The notes under the pieces: model-generated
What the model saw: the letters and a program-made list of their open reading frames with translations, nothing else
Database searches by the model: none
Told to the model about the DNA's origin: nothing
Source: Macrostomum lignano
Lineage: Eukaryota
Direction: 5' to 3'
Assembly: GCA_002269645.1 (NCBI GenBank)
Contig: NIVC01001968.1
Location: forward strand, 1-64,000
DNA length: 64,000 nt
Position numbers and translations under genes: made by a program
Part shown: positions 56,501 to 64,000 of the stretch, piece by piece
Numbering within the stretch: position 1 is the stretch's first letter
Layout of the letters: every line of letters starts with the position of its first letter

Positions 56501-57793
56501 TATCACGCTACATAATCTAACCGGCAGGCAGGTAAAATAAAGTTAGACCTGCCCAAGCTACCAGTTCCCAATCGAAACCGGGGTTGCAGGCCAACAATAC
56601 CAGCGTAAAAGCAGCGGAACACGAAAGAAGCATGAGAGAAAGTTACGTAGATGATGCGCGGGTTGGGGATGCTGAATTCCTTTGATGCCAGGCCGGTGCC
56701 TCCGGCTGCAGGCTGCTGCATGACCCGCTGCATCCGTTTCGCTACAAACTGTGGATTGGGCTGTTACAAGTGAAACACAGAATTTATATTTTCTCTCCCC
56801 GCTGCGCTGCCGTGTGCTGCCTGCCTTCGCTGCCTCTCCATCCGGGATATAGACACAATATCAAAATCATTATTTCATTTCCTTTTTTCATTTCGCTTTG
56901 CGCATACGACTGTGGACTCGGGCCCTCTCTCTCTCCTCTCCCTTCCGGGATCTGTTTGCTTTTGCCTTTGCTTGTTGAGCAGCCACCCCCCGCCGGGATC
57001 TCCAGGTGAGTGACTTGCCCCGCCCACTCTGGCCTCGATATTCCGCCTCGCTCTCTCTCTCTCTAGTCTGGAGTGTTAGTCGCTCTCAAAAATATCCACT
57101 TGAGCTGTGTTGAGCATGCAAAGCGGGGAGAAAGCAACCCTAGGGCGAGTCTCAAGTTTCTCTCTTGCCCTCTTGTCCCACCCGTGTCTTCCAAACCTTT
57201 CTCAGTCTGGGCTTGAACTAACTGAGCTCTCAACTCTTCTTCAGGGTGACCCGTTCTCCCTCCGCACCTTTCTCCAACCCCCCAGCCAGCTGTTTGCTCT
57301 CGGGCCTTCGCCTCTACAAATAAATGAATAGAAGATTGATAGATATTGGTTGCGATTATACACATTCCCCATCCCTAGCTGCCTTTGTTGACTCTCTAAT
57401 GGGGGCGACGGAGAATATTGGGCATCGTCACATCCCCAGCGTTCGGAATTTCTCTCCTATTCACCTTGTTTGCTGACAGCTCCGGAGAAAATTCGCTAAA
57501 TATCCTGTTGCTCCACCTCCCATCTGCCTGTCCTGTGTTCGATGTGTTATCATGCATATGCCTGTCCCAGCAGCTGCTTCCTGTTGAACAGCAATTCCCG
57601 ACATCTGCCGCCTGGCGGGTTGCGTTTGCGGTTGATTACGTAATCTGAGATAGATTTGGCCCTGAATTTTCTATAGTTTTTGCGTGCATGTCGGTCTGCT
57701 TTTTGTGTCTCGTATTTCTGTCTGCTGACGGCTGTGGCAAACTTGTGAATTTGTGACGCCAGATGTGGATCATCATCTGATGCTCATGATGAT

Positions 57794-59282
57794 GGGATCT
57801 AGGATCTGGGATCTAGGATCTGGGATCTAGGATCTGGGATCTAGGATCTGGGATCTAGGATCTGGGATCTAGGATCTGGGATCTAGGATCTGGGATCTAG
57901 GATCTGGGATCTAGGATCTGGGATCTAGGATCTGGGATCTAGGATCTGGGATCTAGGATCTGGGATCTAGGATCTGGGATCTAGGATCTGGGATCTAGGA
58001 TCTGGGATCTAGGATCTGGGATCTAGGATCTGGGATCTAGGATCTGGGATCTAGGATCTGGGATCTAGGATCTGGGATCTAGGATCTGGGATCTAGGATC
58101 TGGGATCTAGGATCTGGGATCTAGGATCTGGGATCTAGGATCTGGGATCTAGGATCTGGGATCTAGGATCTGGGATCTAGGATCTGGGATCTAGGATCTG
58201 GGATCTAGGATCTGGGATCTAGGATCTGGGATCTAGGATCTGGGATCTAGGATCTGGGATCTAGGATCTGGGATCTAGGATCTGGGATCTAGGATCTGGG
58301 ATCTAGGATCTGGGATCTAGGATCTGGGATCTAGGATCTGGGATCTAGGATCTGGGATCTAGGATCTGGGATCTAGGATCTGGGATCTAGGATCTGGGAT
58401 CTAGGATCTGGGATCTAGGATCTGGGATCTAGGATCTGGGATCTAGGATCTGGGATCTAGGATCTGGGATCTAGGATCTGGGATCTAGGATCTGGGATCT
58501 AGGATCTGGGATCTAGGATCTGGGATCTAGGATCTGGGATCTAGGATCTGGGATCTAGGATCTGGGATCTAGGATCTGGGATCTAGGATCTGGGATCTAG
58601 GATCTGGGATCTAGGATCTGGGATCTAGGATCTGGGATCTAGGATCTGGGATCTAGGATCTGGGATCTAGGATCTGGGATCTAGGATCTGGGATCTAGGA
58701 TCTGGGATCTAGGATCTGGGATCTAGGATCTGGGATCTAGGATCTGGGATCTAGGATCTGGGATCTAGGATCTGGGATCTAGGATCTGGGATCTAGGATC
58801 TGGGATCTAGGATCTGGGATCTAGGATCTGGGATCTAGGATCTGGGATCTAGGATCTGGGATCTAGGATCTGGGATCTAGGATCTGGGATCTAGGATCTG
58901 GGATCTAGGATCTGGGATCTAGGATCTGGGATCTAGGATCTGGGATCTGGGATCTAGGATCTGGGATCTAGGATCTGGGATCTAGGATCTGGGATCTAGG
59001 ATCTGGGATCTAGGATCTGGGATCTAGGATCTGGGATCTAGGATCTGGGATCTAGGATCTGGGATCTAGGATCTGGGATCTAGGATCTGGGATCTAGGAT
59101 CTGGGATCAGGGATCTAGGATCTGGGATCTGGGATCTAGGATCTGGGATCAGGGATCTGGGATCTAGGATCTGGGATCTAGGATCTGGGATCTGGGATCT
59201 GGGATCTGGGATCTAGGATCTGGGATCTAGGATCTGGGATCTAGGATCTGGGATCTAGGATCTAGGATCTAGGATCTGGGAT
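57794..59282. repeat. 14-bp near-perfect satellite (GGATCTAGGATCTG)n, about 1.5 kb, in Axin intron 3
   Basis: Dimer of two 7-bp subunits; variants appear only near the 3' end. Confidence 0.98.
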
Positions 59283-59606
59283 TTACTATCTGTAAGCCTG
59301 AAGACTACCGATATTCAAAGCTTAGTACTTGAATAGTTTAGTTAAAAAACTTTTTTTTCTGATTAAAATTTCAAAAGATCTTGCGTGCTAGTAAAAAACC
59401 GGAAGCATTCAAAGTCGTGCTGTGCTTGCTTTGAGGAGAGCTTCCAAGACTTGGACTTGTCGCTATCAGTTTGTTGGTTATAAATCTCTGCACTACCGCT
59501 TCTAATCCAGCCACTACCCCCTCCCTCTCCCCTCTCTTCTTTATCCTTTCTCCTCTCCATCACTGGGTCATAAAATCCCTCTCAGTGTGTTGGCAGTGCA
59601 GTCCAG

Positions 59607-59609
59607 CAC

Positions 59610-59655
<46 letters not shown>
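59607..59655. repeat. (GT)n microsatellite
   Basis: About 23 dinucleotide units. Confidence 0.95.
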
Positions 59656-59889
59656 GTTTCAGTTCGAGATTGCATAGCTGCATAGGGTATGAAAGGCTGG
59701 GGTTCCCTGTAGGCCTGTTGGCCAGTAAAATCTTCCTTAGGATGCATACTGCCTCCATGCGTAGCAGCCCCTCCAGTGCTGCTACTACTGCTGCTGTGTA
59801 AGCATAGCGTACAGTTGGCTCTTAATCTCCTGTTTGCGGAGATATTTTATGTTAGATTTTGTAACATGTCTTTACTATTGCATCTTAAA

Positions 59890-60786
59890 CATAGACTGCT
59901 CACTCCCTGATCCATAGACTGCTCACTCCCTGACCCATAGACTGCTCACTCCCTGACCCATAGACTGCTCACTCCCTGACCCATACACTGCTCACTCCCT
60001 GACCCATAGACTGCTCACTCCCTGACCCATAGACTGCTCACTCCCTGACCCATACACTGCTCACTCCCTGACCCATACACTGCTCACTCCCTGACCCATA
60101 GACTGCTCACTCCCTGACCCATAGACTGCTCACTCCCTGATCCATAGACTGCTCACTCCCTGACCCATACACTGCTCACTCCCTGACCCATAGACTGCTC
60201 ACTCCCTGACCCATAGACTGCTCACTCCCTGACCCATAGACTGCTCACTCCCTGACCCATAGACTGCTCACTCCCTGATCCATAGACTGCTCACTCCCTG
60301 ACCCATAGACTGCTCACTCCCTGATCCATAGACTGCTCACTCCCTGATCCATAGACTGCTCACTCCCTGATCTATAGACTGCTCACTCCCTGATCTATAG
60401 ACTGCTCACTCCCTGATCCATAGACTGCTCACTCCCTGATCCATAGACTGCTCACTCCCTGATCTATAGACTGCTCACTCCCTGATCTATAGACTGCTCA
60501 CTCCCTGATCTATAGACTGCTCACTCCCTGATCTATAGACTGCTCACTCCCTGATCCATAGACTGCTCACTCCCTGATCCATAGACTGCTCACTCCCTGA
60601 TCCATAGACTGCTCACTCCCTGATCTATAGACTGCTCACTCCCTGATCCATAGACTGCTCACTCCCTGATCCATAGACTGCTCACTCCCTGATCCATAGA
60701 CTGCTCACTCCCTGATCCATAGACTGCTCACTCCCTGATCCATAGACTGCTCACTCCCTGATCCATAGACTGCTCACTCCCTGACC
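59890..60786. repeat. 23-bp minisatellite (CATAGACTGCTCACTCCCTGAYC)n in Axin intron 3, about 39 copies
   Basis: Units shift from GACC to GATC/GATCT variants along the array. Confidence 0.97.
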
Positions 60787-62450
60787 TATCTTCTCAATTG
60801 ACCCATTTCACTGCTACCAAAGCATTCATACAGAACAGACTTATTCTAACTCTTTAGTCCCAAAAGCAGTTCTCCATCCCAAGACAGAACTCTGCTTTCC
60901 AGCCAAGAGTTGTAAATAAAAAAGTGGGGAAAAATTAAGCCAGAAGCTTCCTCTTCCCATTTTTTGCAAAATCCCTCAAAACTCGAGTCACGCACGGGAA
61001 CTTCGAAGGAGTTTCGAAGAACGGATTCTATTATGGCAATAAATTTAAAAGATTATTAATTCTCATTCTCCAAGCAGCCCAACGCGCAAGCATTAATAAT
61101 AATTTGAGCACCCGCTGTGCTCGAGTGGGACAAAAATGGGTGGAGCAGGAAGAGCTCAAGATTACGTAATCAATTGAAGCCAGCTCTCCAGCTGTGAGCC
61201 CGGCCTACCTCTAGCCAAAAAACACTGAGACTGGTTTTTGTAAGATTTAGAAATTCCTTCGTATTCAGTGTCTTTATTGCTATTATTATTTCTATTTCTC
61301 AATAATGAAATCGTGCCGTAAATCCGTGACTGTAGGTTCTCAATCTTTTTACGATACGAAACCCCCCCCCGAATTCCCATTTATCTCGGCATCACATCCG
61401 TATCGGGTCTGGGCATTGGGGATCAATCCTGCACCAGGGCTGGTCACATTTCACAGTTTGCCCCTGTCAGGCTGGGAAGCTGCGAGCTCCCCAGTAGGGA
61501 GGGAGGCTGGTTTACGATGAAATTGTGTAGGGTGGGAAGGGAGATTTTAGTGCAGGGAGGGCCGCACGTACTGGGAACTTACGGCTTAATTCCCCCCACC
61601 ACCCTTCTCTAAAATTCTTTTTACAACCGAATGAACCTCGGCAGCAGCTCAAAGTTTGAGCAGGGCGATAATAAATTTGTGAACTGCCCTGAGCTTACGA
61701 GCGCGTTCACCTTAAAAACCATAGGCAAAATAAAATTTGGGCAATAAGCTGCTCAGGGCTTGCTTTTATTTCATTAATGACGCCTATTACAGTTGTTTAT
61801 TGGGCTGCTAGCACCACCCGAGCTCAGCCTGTTGGTGAAACTATTATTATTGTTATTATTATTATATCCACCCCCAGCTCTGAAGGGGATTAATGCCCGC
61901 GCGTGTTGTGCTGCACAGTTTTATAATGCATCATTTTATAGGCTTGTTAATAGCTCAGGGGGGCAGGGCAGGGCTCCAGAGAGCGCGGTGAGCTCTCTCG
62001 CGACTACTGCGGCTTGCAATATTGGGCTTGGGGCACTCCTTTTATGAGCCGCATCCACCTCTCCCTACCCCTCTCTCCCCGGTGCGCTTGTAAGCCAATT
62101 TTACAATGCTCATTTGGTCTTTTACTGCTCCTGCTGCTCTGCTGCTGCTGCTGCTGCTGCTGCTGCCACCACCAAGGGAAGACGGGGAGAGGTGGGGGCT
62201 ATACTGCTGCTGACCAGTTCAATTCTCCCCTTGCTATAACCCTCCTCCTCCTCCTCTTCCACTGGCTGAGCCGCCGGCTTTTGTGTATATATACACACAC
62301 ACACCAGATAGATAAGCATGGCTATGTAAGGCCAGTAGAGAACTTGTGGGGCTTACATATTCTGTAACTCTCTCTAGTGACAGTCTGACAGGCTGACAGG
62401 ACAAGCCACTAAATTCATCATTTAGCTCTCCACCTTGTCCAACCTCGCAG

Positions 62451-63831
62451 GCCATCCTGCTGCACCAGCATGAGCCAGGCCCTGCCTTACTACACCTCCT
62501 ATGCGCCTGGAAGCCGTCGCGACTCCGAGCTTCAGTCGTTGCAGTCCTCCGACGCCCTGACTGACGTCGACAATCTGTCCCTGACTGACACGGCCAGCAG
62601 TCTGGACGCGGCCAGCTACCGGCAGCATCATCATCATCACCAGGCTCCGGGCAGTCGCAAAGGCCTCCGCCGGGCGATGCGGTGCGCCGCCTCCGCCAAC
62701 CGGGACGACCTCGCCAGCAATGGCGGCGGCAGCGGCGCCAGCAGCAGTTGCCGGCAGCAGCTCCTGCTCAGGCACCAGCTGCAGCAGCACGCCGCCAGCT
62801 GCCAGTACGACCGCGACCTGCCAGTCACCAATCCGGACAAGTTCGCCCGCCTACTGGCCGACCGTCTGCAGTGCCACCAGCGCGAGCAGACCCTGACATC
62901 CCGGCCGCCGAGCAGTCTGTCCTGCGGCAGCGGCGCCGAGCTGCTCAATTCGCCCTGGGCTCAGCGAATCCTTCGAGCCAGCATGAGCAGCCGCGACAGC
63001 AACCCGGAGGACATCCTCACCGACCACCTGGACCACCTGGATCGGGGCCACTCGTCTCATCCGCAGCCGCTGGCGCCCCCTCCGCCCCAGCAGCTTCCTT
63101 CCAGCCAGCCTCCTCCGCTTCAGCAACAGCTGCATCAAAAGCTTGAAGCATCGGAGCTGGACCAGGAGACTCACGTGCACCATTATCACTATTATCACCA
63201 CTTCCGCGCCAGCGGCAGCGGCGCAACCAACAGCTTGATCTGCGGCGGCGCCGGAGCGGCCTCCACAGCGGGTGACAGCGGCTTCGGCACCATCTCCTCC
63301 TCTAGTCGATACGGTGGCATTCTTCGCTCCTCGTCAGCCACAGCGGCCGCGGCTTCGGTGGCTTCCACTTCAACTGGCGGCTCTGTGCACCGTCAGCAGT
63401 TAACGCAGCACGTGTCCAATCAGCTGGCCGCTTCCGCCCGTTTTGACCAGCCCCGTCAGCCCTTCATGATCGACAGCAACATGCCCGTGATGGACAAGCC
63501 CAACCCCGACACCACCATTGTGGAGGCCCGACGTCGTTTAGAAGAGGTCAGCCTGCAGCAGCAGCCACCGCCGCAGCAGCAGCCGCTGACCATCGGCTAC
63601 TTCCTGTGCGGAGACTCTGTGCCGTACAGGCACGCGTGGCCGGGCCAGAGCATCACCCTCGGCCAATTCAAGCAGCTCATGGCCAAGAAGGGCAGCTATC
63701 GGTATTTCTTCAAGCGGCGATGCGACGAGTTTGTGGTCGGCGGCGCCGTGCACGAGGAGGTGACGGACGACTCTGAGGTGCTGCCGCTGTGGGAGGGCAA
63801 AGTCATCGGCAGGGTGGAGCGAGTTGAGTAG
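62451..63831 (+). CDS. Axin: Axin exon 4 (GSK3- and beta-catenin-binding motifs, DIX domain)
   Basis: CTCGCAG acceptor at 62450, phase 2. DSELQSLQSSD..TD...LSLTD; NPDKFARLLADRL (GSK3 helix); NPEDILTDHL (beta-catenin); EARRRLEE; DIX IGYFLCG..VPYR....ITLGQFKQLMAKKGSYRYFFK...LPLWEGKVIGRVERVE-stop. Confidence 0.96.
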
Positions 63832-64000
63832 CTCCCCAGTCTGATTGTGACCTCTTGGCAACTTTCCTACAAATTCGATTCTTGTGATCTCTTGTGATCT
63901 CTGTCAATCACCTGGCCGCAGCCCCCCCCCCGCACCTGTGCAATATTCGCCAACCCACCCGCTATTTTCGACGATAAATCTGGCTGGGCCGTTCGACCTC

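Noticed and set aside
57794-59282. Interstitial telomeric repeat
   Set aside because: GGATCTA/GGATCTG does not match TTAGGG or TTAGG-type telomere units.

Overview
This is eukaryotic (animal) genomic DNA, not prokaryotic: it has spliced genes with GT-AG introns, poly-Q/poly-A coding tracts, many minisatellites and transposon remnants. The style resembles a free-living flatworm such as Macrostomum, but that is an inference and cannot be proven from this window. Host genes I can support: (1) two tandem secreted WSC + PAN/Apple-like paralogs (-, 2.7-6.6 kb); (2) an intronless AIG1/GIMAP GTPase (+, 10.6-11.5 kb); (3) a 4-exon PAP2-family lipid phosphate phosphatase (-, 14.3-20.3 kb); (4) a 3-exon RWD + RING-H2 E3 ligase, RNF25/AO7-like, with a long RQDQS-repeat tail (-, 26.9-29.8 kb); (5) a 4-exon Axin with RGS, GSK3/beta-catenin-binding motifs and DIX (+, 48.2-63.8 kb). 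Mobile DNA: an LTR-PBS-gag remnant, three copies of a tRNA-derived SINE, a young 5'-truncated RT-RNaseH LINE with a 14-bp TSD, a decayed CACTA/EnSpm-like element in a CpG-depleted domain, a hAT MITE with an 8-bp TSD, and foldback, MITE and Helitron-like elements. Nearly every long intron is filled by its own tandem repeat, and most long ORFs in the supplied track are artefacts of those repeats. The most intriguing and speculative observation: the RNF25 coding repeat reads on the + strand as about 20 copies of CTTTGAT, most followed closely by GCCG. This resembles a bipartite TCF HMG-Helper Wnt response element and nearly matches a single site upstream of Axin. There are no CRISPR arrays or rRNA genes. 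Coordinates were read by eye; repeat boundaries are approximate.
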